DNA from: Mobula hypostoma
Lineage: Eukaryota
Direction of reading: 5' to 3'
DNA length: 64,000 nt
Assembly (NCBI RefSeq): GCF_963921235.1
Contig: NC_086109.1
Span: forward strand, 7,504,001-7,568,000
Within the stretch, counting starts at the first letter, position 1, and every line of letters begins with the position of its first letter. Of the stretch, positions 11,440 through 22,854 are shown piece after piece. Both the position numbers and the translations under genes were made by a program. A model generated the notes under the pieces. The model saw only the letters and a program-made list of their open reading frames with translations, was not told the origin of the DNA and did not search any database.

Positions 11440-12215
11440 TAATATGGCAGCATGCTCGAATGCAGTGGCTTCTACAGGGCCAACCAAAGGTGTTATTGTC
11501 TTTTTTAAACATTTTTTTTTACCATTGCAAGACCTGGATGGGCATTACGAATGTGAAGTACTGCAGGTCCACTCCATCAGAGCATTTCCAGTTGGTGGAG
11601 AATCTGAGGAAGCTGGACTTGGTGCGGACCGTGTTGCTGCCTACGACAGAGTGGCATTGGTGTTGGTGTGCGAATGCATTGTCCGTTCTAACAACGAGCG
11701 ATTGTCTATAGCTGCTTTTTTTGTGACGCAAGGCCGTGTTGAAAATTGGTGAGGTGGATTGGTGCAAGTCCTGCTCACTGGTTTACTGGCAAATAGCGAG
11801 GGCGGACAGTGAGGGGAGTTGTGTGACTTTGGTTGTAGCAAGGACTAGGCCTCAAGCTGTGGTGTCACCTGGTTACCGCCATACAGGTGAGAGCCGCCGA
11901 AGTTTTTGCCAGAGACAATGTGATTGGCATCCATGCTGGCAGCAGTGGTGCTGCCCTCTAGTGTTCACTCAGCAGAAGACAAGCCATAATGTGTTCAGCT
12001 GCAGATTGCTGCAACATTCATGGTCTCAGGGACTTGGACTATATTTTTTTTGTGTGACTATGTTCTACTGCTATCTTATTTTTGCTATATGTGCCTTCTG
12101 CAGACTGTACGACTGTTGGTCCTGTGTTTTGCACCTTGGCCCTGAAATAACACTGTTTCATTTGGCTATATTCATGGTATTTATGGTTGAATGATGACTA
12201 AACTCGAAGCTGAAT
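11440..12215 (+). mobile_element. Non-autonomous LINE-tailed element (unclassified); related sequence at 62560-63050
   Basis: Shares CAGTG.TGCTGCCC...AGTGTTCACTC.GCAGAAG.CAAGC and TTGCA.CTTGGCCC.G.A blocks with 62780-63030; ends in a short tandem tail. Confidence 0.5.
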
Positions 12216-12575
12216 GTGTCATGGTAGATTTTGCTTTCCTCGACTGCCACTCCGTGTCCACTTTATTAGATACATCTGTACACCTACTTGTTGATGCAAA
12301 TATGAAATTAGTCAATCATGTGAGTCTGACTCTGATTCTGTTTCTGAATGTTGGTGATATTCAGAGACATTTAGAATTTATGATGGGTGCAAGAGCCAGC
12401 TTAGCATGCAGGTGTGCTCAGCCATGTTGTAAAACATGTCTCAGAAGTACAAAATTCATTTGGTATTGACTGGCAAGGTTTTTGCATTCACCTTTTGGGG
12501 CTGTAGTCAAACCCAGAACCTGCAAACAACAATTCGATGGTCACAACTGAGGGAACAATGACCTGTGTGGAAATA

Positions 12576-13127
12576 TACTCAGTGGCCACTTTATTAGGTA
12601 CACCTGTACACCTGCTCATTAATGCAAATATCTAATCAGCCAATCATGTGACAGCAACTCAGTGCATGAAAGCATCCAGACATGGTCGAGAAGTTCATTT
12701 TTTGTTCAGACCAAACATCATAATGGGGAAGAAATGTGATCTAAGTGACTTTGACTGTGGAATGAATAATGCTGGTGCCAGATAGGGTGGATTGAGTATC
12801 TCAGAAACTGCTGATCTCCTGGGATTTTCACACACAATGTTGTCTAACATTTACAGAGAATGGTGTATGAAACAAAACCATACAGTAGTAGTAGTTCTGT
12901 GTGTGAAAATGCCTTGTTAGTGAGAGATGGCAGAGGAGAATAGCCGGACTTTTTCAAGCACCAGGAAGGCAACAATAATTCAAATAACAGTGTGTAAACA
13001 ACCGTGGTGTGCAGATGAGCATCAATCCTTGAAGTGGATGGGCTTCAGCAGTAGAAAACCACAAACATACACTCAGTGACCACTTTATTAGGTAGCAGGA
13101 GGTGTTGAATAAAATGGCCACTGCGTC
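12576..13127 (+). mobile_element. Tc1-derived non-autonomous element
   Basis: TA + TACTCAGTGGCCACTTTATTAGGTACACC; ATGGGGAAGAAATGTGATCTAAGTGACTTTGAC (MGKKCDLSDFD); TIR-TIR hairpin at the right end. Confidence 0.85.
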
Positions 13128-13554
13128 ATTACCCAAGGCCATTTAGCTCCTTGGTCCTATCCTGTCAAATTAATGAGCACAGCTGCTCTGTATGCTTTCC
13201 TTATGCCCTGGTTAATGTAGATCTGCCAACATCAGATTGATGAGGAGCAGCTAACTGAATATAATTAGTTATTAACACAAATTGTTTGCAGTGTCTGCTA
13301 TCTTTAGCAAGGCTTCTGACAAGGACCTGCATGTGACATTAGTCTGGAACATTACATGATATCCAAGGAGAACTAGACAAGTCGCTTGGCAGTCAGAAGC
13401 ATAAGGTGGTGGTCAAAGGTTGTTTCTTGGACTGGAGATCTGTGACTAAGGACTAAAGTTGAGCTATAGTTGTCACATGCAGTGAAATGCATTGCTCACA
13501 TAAAATCAGATCGATGAGGATTGTCCCACACCATCGTCCCTAAACATGACATCC

Positions 13555-14090
13555 CGGTGGCCAAACATTTTAAATCCGACTCTCATTCCCGTCCCGATGT
13601 GTCGATCCAGAGGGAGGAGCAACATCTTATATTCCATTTGGGTAGCCTCCAATCTGATGTCATGAGCATCAACTTCTCTTTCCAGTGACAGTCAGTAACC
13701 TAAGAGTGGCCTCATCATGGCAGTAGAGGAGGCCGTGGACAGACGTGTCAGAATGGGAATGGGAAATAGAATTGAAATGGGTGGCCATCGGGAGATCCCA
13801 CTTTTTCTGTTTTTCAGGACCACGTAGCACCATGATCCTGAAAAAGGTTGTCTCATTTTTACTGTGTACTGTACCAGAAGTTATGGTTGAAATGACAATA
13901 AAAAGTGACTTGACTTGACTTGAACAGAGCATACATGTTCGGTGAAGTGGTCTCCCAATCTGCGTCGGGTCTCGCCGATAAACAGGAGGCCACATTCTTT
14001 TTTCCAGTCTTGATGAAGGGTCTCGGCCGGAAACATCGACTGTTTACTCTTTTCCATAGACACTGCCTATGTTCCTCCAGCATTTTGTGT
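13555..14090. mobile_element. Rearranged Penelope-like element fragments including the GIY-YIG endonuclease region
   Basis: Minus strand CGLLFIGETRRRLGDHFTEH and WDLPMATHFNSISHSHSD..VHGLLYCHDEATLRL; plus strand EEQHLIFHLGSLQ; hammerhead-type tail at 14005-14042; unrelated LINE tail inserted at about 13815-13921. Confidence 0.8.
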
Positions 14091-14159
14091 GGTAGGCAGC
14101 TGTTGAGTGTCCTCCTTATGTGTCATAAATTTAAAAGGATTTATATTTAATTTTAATTT

Positions 14160-14410
14160 TATTTCTATTTATAGCATGGTAACAGGCCCTTCTGGGCCAA
14201 TGAGGTCGTGCTACTCAATTACACCCATGTGACCAATTGACCTACTTACCTTTACGTCTATGGAATGTGGGCGGAAACCAGAGCACCTGGAGGAAACCGA
14301 CTTGTTCATGGGGCGGTGGCACAAGCTCCTTGTAGACAGCAGCAGGAATCAAACCATGATCTTACAGCTGGTGCTGTCAATTTTTTCTCTAACTGCTATG
14401 CTATGAGCGC
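14160..14410 (-). mobile_element. V-SINE/HE1-type SINE; further copies near 18320, 26440, 34810, 39090, 47130, 49465, 50365, 51935, 57980, 63790
   Basis: Conserved core TGTGGGAGGAAACCGGAGCACC.GGAGGAAACCCAC (reverse of the V-domain GTGGGTTTCCTCCGGGTGCTCCGGTTTCCTCCCACA). Confidence 0.75.
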
Positions 14411-14606
14411 TGGTCCGCAAAGACTGGTGTTGGGTCTACTGCTGTTGATGGTTCATGTTAACGATTCCATTGACAATGTACGAGGCATGGATGGTAAGTT
14501 TTCAGAAGATACTAAATGCTGTTGTATACTGCGAGGGAAGTTATTGTGTTAGAATGGGTCTGCCACAAGTAGTTTCTTCTCTCCCCCCACACCCGGTTCC
14601 CCCCCC

Positions 14607-15032
14607 CCAGACAGGGATTATGGAGCTAATGCATAATCATTATGCATTAATGCAAATTCTGGAGAAACTCAGCAGGCCAGGCAGCATCTACGGAAAAGAG
14701 TGAACAGCTGACCGGAAAAAAGAGATGAAAAGTCAGTATAAGATGGGGCGTGTCTGATAGGTCCTCTCCTATCAGATTCCCCCTTCTCCAGCGCCCTTAC
14801 CTCTTTTACTAATTGACTTTCCAGCTCTTTACTTCACCCTCCCCATCTCCCGGTTTCACCTACCACCTTGTACATCTTCCTCCCACCACGCCCCATCTTA
14901 TACTGACTTTTCATCTCTTTTTTCCGGTCAGCTGTTCACTCTTTTCCGTAGATGCTGCCTGGCCTGCTGAGTTTCTCCAGAATTTGCATTAATGCATAAT
15001 GATTATGCATTAGCTCCATAATCCCTGTCTGG
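14607..15032. repeat. Perfect 146-bp inverted repeat (14607-14752 / 14887-15032) with a 134-bp spacer
   Basis: Base-by-base comparison of the arms by eye found no mismatch. Confidence 0.95.
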
Positions 15033-15099
15033 CAGTGCTGATGTAACGCTTACTGAGTGCACACGCTAGGCTAATGCACAGCACGGACACTTTTGTTTG

Positions 15100-15830
15100 C
15101 ACTCGCATACCCCAGGATGTTCTTTGATGGGGAATGTTTGTTGTTGCTTCCAGTTTCAGGGAGGGGGGCCCCGACCGATGGGTGGGCTGTCCTGAAAAAG
15201 GTGCCCGTTTGCAGTGGCGCGTGCTCAGCGGGAGACCTCATTTTGGGGGATGGGGGAAGAGTGCTGGCTCCTAGAAAATGGTTAGTTATCGATAGATTTT
15301 GGTTGGGCAACGTCATTCGTGATCTTATTGTGATGAATGTATTTGTGGACATTTGTGATTGCGAAGATGGATGTGAATTCTTGTGTCTTTTTTTGTGTAA
15401 TCATTCCGGTTCATGGCAACAACTACACTCCCTCACCCTCCGCATTCCAAAGAATGGACTATCTCTTTTCTCCTGGAGGGAGGAGATCCTTAATTAAAGG
15501 CTCATTTTGGTGTAGGGAAGAGGGAGAGTGGGTGTGGTAAGGCAAGGTGTATCACTTCAGACTGGTGTTTTGGATCTGTCACCCTAAAGGTCTGATAGTA
15601 TATATCCATATTTTCTCTTTTTGCCATTTTGCCATTTTTTGCACTTTTTCTGAAAGTTTTTCACCTCTGGCACGCCAGAGGCACCTTTGCACTGAATGTG
15701 CTGCTGCAGCCTGCCATCTGATTTTTAAACTCTACACTTTCGTAAGGGCATGCGGCCCCCAGTGTGACAGTTATCAAAGACTGTGGGGGATTTTGATCAG
15801 CCAGGTACAGTACGGTTAAATTGAGGGTGC
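15100..15830 (-). mobile_element. Possible ancient Penelope-type RT N-terminal fossil
   Basis: Minus strand near 15370-15430 reads GSVVVAMNRNDYTKKTQEF, resembling the ADKG..VVVM.R.DY..K motif of PLE RTs; the rest is heavily decayed. Confidence 0.35.
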
Positions 15831-15925
15831 CTCTGTAATGCTATCACTGTGCCAGCGACCGGGGTTTAAATCTGCCTCTGCCTGTGAGGAATTTGTACAT
15901 ACTCCCTGTGACCATGTGGGTTTCC

Positions 15926-16542
15926 TGTAAGGGACAGTGCAGAGAGACCCCCAGACAGCGGCATGCAGGCTATTCAACAGAACGTTATTGATCCCCTTGC
16001 TTGTACAGAATGTGAACTCCTCCTACGTGTGACTGATTAACCGAGTGGCATAGGGATAACACTATTAACTACCACTACATCTCCCCTTCTTGTAAAAAAA
16101 AGAAAATCTAGAGATATACTTGTCTATAGAACTGCGTTGAAATTATTGTCACTGAAACAGCAATTCATTTCACTTTACTCAATGCACGTAACTTATGCTC
16201 CTTTCATAAATGTAAAAAAAAAGTATTGCCAACATTATAACTGTCTTTCTCTTTGTTTTCCTCCTTTTCTTCCTCCAATTCCTTCTTTTTAGAATGGTCT
16301 TACTGTAAATTCTTTCTTGCCGGGCATCTCCTCTGGTCTGGAGCCTGGACTCATCGAGGATCAACCACTTCTGACACCATGTTGTGTTTGATTTAAGGGA
16401 TAGGACAGAGAGAGGAGCCCGGACGCAGCAAGAAGGCTATTCAACTGGACTTAATTGATCACCTTCTTGTACAGAATGTGAACTCCCCCCATGTGGGAGT
16501 GCCTAACTGAATGGTATAGGAATAACATGATTAACTACTACA
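15926..16542 (-). mobile_element. TRIM-like non-autonomous LTR retroelement inserted in a V-SINE
   Basis: Two diverged TG..CA direct repeats (15926-16079, 16380-16542); PBS TGGTGTCAGAAGTGG (minus, 16365-16379, tRNA-Leu type); PPT ACAAGAAGGGGAGA (minus, 16080-16093); host SINE GTGGGTTTCC|TCTGGGTGCTC is split. Confidence 0.85.
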
Positions 16543-16829
16543 AACCTCTGGGTGCTCTGGTTTCCTCCCACATTCCTAACACATATGGGTTATATGTTAG
16601 TTGGTCACATGGGTGTCATTGGGTGGCACAATCTCATTTGGGCTGGGAGGGCGTATCTCTGAAAAATAAGTTACTGAGCCAAGGAATGGAAAATAACATG
16701 CAGGGAAACACATTTTGAGAAGTCAAACCAGGCAGTGAGTGAAAAGACCCTGGGGAATGTCGCAGGGCTGAACTCTTTTTCAGGACCTTGGACAGTGGTC
16801 CTTCCCCACACAGACTCTATCGCGACTGC

Positions 16830-17340
16830 AGAATCGGAATCAGGTTTAATATCACCGGCATGCGACGTGAAATTTGTTAACTTAGCAGCAAAGCAGTTCA
16901 ATGCAATCCAGCAGAGAAAAAAAAAATAATAAATAAACAAGTAAATCAATTACGTATGTTGAATAGATTTTTAAAAAGCGTGCAAAAACAGAAATGCTGT
17001 ATATTAAAAAAAAGTGAGGTAGTGTCCAAAGACTCAATGTCCATTCAGGAATCGGATGGCAAAGGGGAAGAAGCTGTTCCTGAATCGCTGAGTGTGTGCC
17101 TTCAGGCTTCTGTATCTCCCACCTGATGGTAACAGTGAGAAAAGGGCATGCCCTGGGTGCTGGGGGTCCTCAATAATGGACGCTGTCTTTCTGAGACACC
17201 GCTCCCTGAAGGTGTCCTAGGTACTTGGTAGGCTCACGCCCAAGATGGAGCCAACTAGATTTACAACCTTCTGCAGCTTCTTTCGGTCCTGTGCAGTAGT
17301 CCCTCCACACCAGACAGTGATGCAGCCTGTCAGAATTCCA
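16830..17340 (-). mobile_element. Rex1/Babar-type LINE 3' end
   Basis: Closely similar to 22855-23410; (GATTCT)-type tail. Confidence 0.8.
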
Positions 17341-17489
17341 CTGAACTTACATCGTGGAATGTGCCATTTAGCAGCACTTAGCATTCACGTGGAATATCTC
17401 GCTGCACGGGAAGACGAACAAGCTTCTGGCAGAGCAATATGTGACTTTCACCCACCTGATCATCTTCCAGCAGCAGTTCACATTGGCAC

Positions 17490-17640
17490 TACACACAAAA
17501 TGCTGGAGGAACTCAGCAGGTCAGGCAGCACTCATAGAGGGGAATAAGCAGTCGACGTTTCGGGCCGAGACCCTTCATCAACACTGGAAAGGAAGGGGGC
17601 AGAAGCCAGAATAAGAAAGGGGGTGGGGAAGAGTACAAGC
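17490..17640 (-). mobile_element. PLE tail with hammerhead-type motif
   Basis: Minus strand CAGTGTTGATGAAGGGTCTCGGCCCGAAACGTCGACTG. Confidence 0.75.
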
Positions 17641-18504
17641 AATGTAACTGTAAACGTTGCATGTTCAAGGGCAAAGACATAACCCTGGAAGAGGATCAGG
17701 CCACCAACTTGAGAAGAACACTCAACTGCCTGCTGCCCAGAACCACGAATGGCCAGCTTGGCCGGGTCCAGGAGTAAACTAACCAGCATTTTAGATTATT
17801 TAAGTTAACTGATAAAAGGCAGAAAATTTAACTCTGTGTGTGTCTCTCTCTAGAGGCTGACTTTCCCAGAATTCTCTGCTTTTATCCTGGACATTGTGCA
17901 CCCAGCTACATTTATTCATGCCCAGTGATCCACCCTGCATTCTCACTACGGGAGAGATAAAGAGTTGTCACACAGACTTCTACCAACAAAAATATAAAAC
18001 ATACACTGCAGATGCAGGAAATCTGAAATAAAATGGCAAAATCGGAAAATCCAGGAACCAACCAGTCAGAAGGTCAGGCAGCATCAGGGGAGAGAGAAGA
18101 TAAAGGTTAGCTTTATTTCTCATACGTACAGTACATCAAAATGTTCAGTGAAATGCATCGTCTGCGTCAACGACCAACACAGTCCGAAGGGTGCTGGGGG
18201 CAGCCCGCAAGTGTCACCACGCTTCTGGCACCAACATTGCAAGGGCACAACTTACCGACCATAGCATGGGCACAACTTACTGAACATAACATAGCATGGG
18301 CACAACTTACTGAACATAACCGGTACGTCTTTGGAATGTGGGAGGAAACTGGAGCTCCTGGAGGAAACCCACATGGTCACCAGGAGAACGTATAAACTCC
18401 TTACAGCAGGCAGAATGTACAAATAGACAGTGTTGGGAATTGGACCCCAGTTTACCAATTGCTGGCACTGCAATGCATTATGCTAATCACTACACCATGG
18501 TGGT

Positions 18505-19085
18505 TTCTTAAGGTTGTTATAGCCAAGGTTGGTAATGGGGACAAGCTCCCACTACCTATTAAATGCTCCCAGTGGCATGCGCCTCAAATAGCCTCTGACA
18601 ACCAAGTCCAGCTCCTGGCCTTCACATGTGGCTTAGCCACTAAGCCCGGCGGAACCATTTCTATTGACAGGAGAAGGGGCAAAGGCAGATTACTGGTGCC
18701 TTAAAACCAGCTGCTTCAGGCAGATAGGGTTCATCAGATATGGTTGGCAGTTCATCTAGGAGAAGGAAAATTCTGATCTCAAACCTCCACTACCTTGCAG
18801 CTGTACCCACTCTTGGGGAAAGCTTCGAGAGTAAACCCTGAGGGAAAATCCGGAGCTGGTGTCCCAAAGGCAGTCCTATGTTGAGTTCAATGCTGACTGG
18901 CAACTTCAGTGACATTGCCGAACTGAACGGGTCGCTGCCATTCGTTTGGGTGCATCAGCTACGTGGGGAGGAGGATATTGTGACCTGGGCAACAGCTTGC
19001 TCTCCGTATCGTAGCGGCCAGGCTTTGCATATCTAGACATGTGGGACACACCATCTATGGCCAACCCTGGCCAGGAAAGGCCACT
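18505..19085 (+). mobile_element. RTE 5'-UTR-like non-autonomous element; second partial copy at 51277-51690
   Basis: ATCTAGGAGAAGGAAAATTCTGATCTCAAACC block and colinear match to 51277-51690. Confidence 0.65.
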
Positions 19086-19897
19086 CTCACACTATTTTGC
19101 CACCATTAACATTTCTGTTCCAGAGCCTTCTGTCAGAAAGTTAGTTTGACTTTCATTTTATCAAGCATGATCCAGACATCCTTCATTAATAAGTAATTTG
19201 TTTTTTATTCCTCCCGCATGTTTATCTGAAATTGATGATCCTTTCCTTTGGAATCTCTTCCGGCTCTGTTCTTCAACCTGACTATTGGGCAAGTTCCTTG
19301 ATTATCTTGCCCTGAGTGCTGTCTGCACTAACAAGCCCCCTCATTCATCCTATCGTAAAAAAGTGCTTGACTCAAATTATATCCCAGCTCCAAAGGGGCA
19401 AACATGATGTTAACATTTTGAAAGGAGAGAATCTAAATTGTAGCAACTTCCTTAGAGGTCCCTGCGATGTGATTCACCCCATCAATCTTGCTCAGGTCAA
19501 GCTAAAATAGAGGCAACTCCAACGAGCAATTTATTGCTGAGTGACAGATAATTAGTTGCGTTAATTCAAAGGCTGTCAATGCAAACTCTGTGTTCCTTTG
19601 TTTAAATAAAAATGTACATATTTCCAATGTCATTTATGATATAACAACAGTCTCATCAAACTGTTCGAAGAATCTTTCCTGCTCTGATGCAGAGTCTTTG
19701 ACTGCAATTTAAGAAGATGTTTTTGATAGAATCAAAGTATATTTTCTTACTTCCTTCCTGAAGAGACAGAAGTGCTCTAAAATTTATGTATCCTCAGTAA
19801 TCTGTTGCTATATATAGTGAGTTACCACAGAATGCAGGGGGAATCTTTTATTCCAGCAGAATCTCACTGTCAGGGAGTTTGCCAGTTGCAAAATGCA

Positions 19898-20740
19898 CAC
19901 CCAGTGGTCACTTTATTAGGTACACCTGTACACTTGCTCGTCAATACAAATATCTAATCAGCCAGTCATGTGGCAACAACTCAATATGCATAAAAGCATG
20001 CAGACACGGTCACGAGGTTCAGTTGCTGTTCAGACTAAATATCAGAATGGGGAAGAAATGTGATCTAAGTGGCCACTAGTGCCAGACGGGGCGGTTTGAG
20101 TATCTCAGAAACTGCTGATCTCCCGGGAGTTTCACACTCGACTGTCTCTAGAGTTTACAGAGAGTGCTGCGCAAAACAAAACAACATCCAGTGAGTGGCA
20201 GTTCTGTCGGTGGAAATATTTTGTTAATGAGAGAGGTCAGAGGAGAAAGGTCAGACTGGTTCAAACCGACAGGAAGGTGAGAGTAGCTCAAATAACCACA
20301 CATTACAACAGTGGTGTGCGGAAGAGCATCTCTGAATGAACCTTGAACCTTGAAGTGAATGGGCTACAGCAGAAGAAGGCCACAAAATATACTTTACTTT
20401 ATACTTTATTGTCGCCAAACAATTGATACTAGAACGTACAATCATCACAGCGATATTTGATTCTGCGCTTCCTGCTCCCTGGAGTACAAATTGATAGCAA
20501 ATATTAAAAATTTAAATTATAAATCATAAATAGAAAATAGAAGATGGAAAGTAAGGTAGTGCAAAAGACCGAGAGGCAGGTCCGGATATTTGGAGGGTAC
20601 GGCCCAGATCCGGGTCAGGATCCGTTCAGCAGTCTTATCACAGTTGGAAAGAAGCTCATAGAATATATGAATATATGAATATAGACTCAGTGGCCACTTT
20701 ATTAGGTACAGGAGGTACCTGGAAAAGTGGCCCCTGAGTG
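19898..20740 (+). mobile_element. Tc1-derived non-autonomous element with a LINE 3' tail inserted at about 20388-20656
   Basis: Left TIR CACCCAGTGGTCACTTTATTAGGTAC; MGKKCDLS start; right TIR-TIR hairpin at 20685-20740. Confidence 0.85.
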
Positions 20741-21034
20741 TGTACTTTAGAACTTGTTTCGAGCCGCAACAGAAGTGCTTTTAAACTTATGAGTCCTCAG
20801 TAATCAGCTGCTAAATGCAAGGACTTACCTCATGATGCAGGGGGTATCTTTCATTTATAGGCTGTCACTGTGAGGCAGCTTACAAGTTACATGAACACGG
20901 TCTGCCCATGATGTTGTGCCGACGTTTTGAACTACTCCAGGATCAATCGAACCCTTCCCACCCACGTGGCCTGAATTCTTTCTGTCATCCATGAACCTTT
21001 CTAAGAGTCTATTAATGTACATGTATAAATGTTG

Positions 21035-21530
21035 GGTCGGGTGCATGGGGTGTCCAGGGAGGGGTAGCACCTCTGGTGAAGGGGCTTGTCGTGTCCATTC
21101 CGGGGTAGATCGAAGTTACTGTAGCTCCAAGTGGCTGCTTGCATGTGACAGTAGCCACACCCTGGTACACCCCTTCGACAGGCGGGCTAAACCAGGTCAG
21201 GGTAGCAGGCCGGCCCAATACCCCAGTGAGACAGGGACATGCCTGTCCTGGTATGTGAACTCAGCTCCGGCGGACTGGGCAGATGAGATCCAATGGCCAG
21301 GAAGGTGGTTCTGCAACGCTCCATGGAGAGCGAAGGGCACGACGAGCCACTGAAGACATCATGGTCATCCACTGCAACCAAGAAAGACCCCAGTTTGTGA
21401 CGTTTGTTTGTACCACTGGACCCAGACCTCTGAGGTTGAGAGACTGGAACTGCCCCAGTGCAGTGGCTTTTCCACTTGATAAACTCTCCCGCACAGGTTT
21501 CCTGTCATCATCTGACATGGCAGTCAGCCA
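21035..21530 (+). mobile_element. Sister copy of the 5915-6900 element without the minisatellite
   Basis: Single CCCCAGTGAGACAGGGACA at about 21221-21239 in the homologous position. Confidence 0.7.
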
Positions 21531-21854
21531 CTGTGTATATTGAATGTGAAAGGTTGCAACCTCTATTTGAGCATCTGAAGGGGCTGCTTCTCAAGGTTAG
21601 GCTTCTCTTTAGCCCCATGTTCCTGAACTTTGGTCACTTTGTGAGGAGGGAAGTGAACCGTGTGGTCTGGTTGGTTTGCTCCTGGACCTGGCCAAGGTGG
21701 CCATTCATGGTCTGGGTATCAGGCAGTTAAGAGTTCTGCTCAGGCTGATTGCCTGCCCCTCTACCTGGTGTACGTCCTTGCCCATGTGTCCCAGGAGAAG
21801 GAGCCGGCAGTATCCATGGGAGATTTCTAGGACTGGTTGGCACCACAGGGTATA

Positions 21855-22830
21855 TAAACGTCCTGGATGAAAATGTACATGGGTGGGTTTGTAAATTTGC
21901 AGATGATACCAAGATTGGTGGAATTGTGGATAGTGTAGAAGGCTGGCAAAGAATACAGTGCGACATAGTTCAGTGGCAGATGTGGGCAGAGAAATGGCAG
22001 ATAGAGTTTAACCCAGATAAATGTGAGATGTTGAGCCTCAGTAGGTAAAATGTAAAGAGATATTACACAGTACAGGGCAAGACCCTTAGCAGTGTTGCTG
22101 AGCAAAGAGATCTTGGGATCCAAGTTCATAGCTCCATGGAAGAGACTACTCTGGTCGATAAGGTGGTTATGAAAGCTTACGGAATACTTGCTTTTATTAG
22201 TCGAGACATTGAGTTCAAAAGTCAAGAGGTTATGTTGCAACTTTATAAAACTCTGGTCAGGTTGCATCTGGAGTATTGTGTACAGTTCTGGTCACCCCAC
22301 TATAGGAAGGACGTTGAGGCTTTGGAGAGGGTGCAGAAGAGGTTCACCAGGATGTTGCCTGGTTTAGAGGGCACGTGCTATCATGAGAGGCTGGACAAAC
22401 TTGGGCTGTTTTCTCTGGAGTGGTGGAGGCTGAGGAAAGATCTGGTAGGGGTTTGTAACATTATGAGAGTGGACAGAGAGTATACCTTTTGTTTTTCCCA
22501 AGGTAGAAATGTCTAATTCCAGAGGGGATGCATTGAAGGTGAGAGCAGGTAGGTTCAGGGGGGATGTGAGGGGTAAGTTTTTTACTTAAAGAGTCGCGGG
22601 TGCCTGGAATGTGCTGCCTGGTGTAGCGATAGAGGCAAATACATTAGAGGCTGCTAAAAGACGTTTGGATAGACACATGGGTGTGAGGAAGATGGAGGGA
22701 TATAGACATTGTGTAGGTAAAAGGGATCGTTTTTGGGTTTCTTTGATTTATTTTTTAACTAGTTTGGCACAACATTCTGGGCTGAAGGACCCGTTCCTGT
22801 GCCATACTGTTCTGAGTTCTGTGTTTTATG
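21855..22830 (+). mobile_element. CR1 3' part (RT C-terminus + UTR)
   Basis: [29 protein letters not shown]. Confidence 0.9.
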
Positions 22831-22854
22831 TTCACAGGGACTCGATTGCATTCT

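Noticed and set aside
18261..18320. Exact 30-bp tandem duplication
   Set aside because: Simple slippage at a repeat junction with no further structure.
18630..18675. Twister ribozyme suggested by AAGCCCGG
   Set aside because: The upstream GCCGGUCCC-type P4 strand is absent and AAGCC pairs in a local hairpin.
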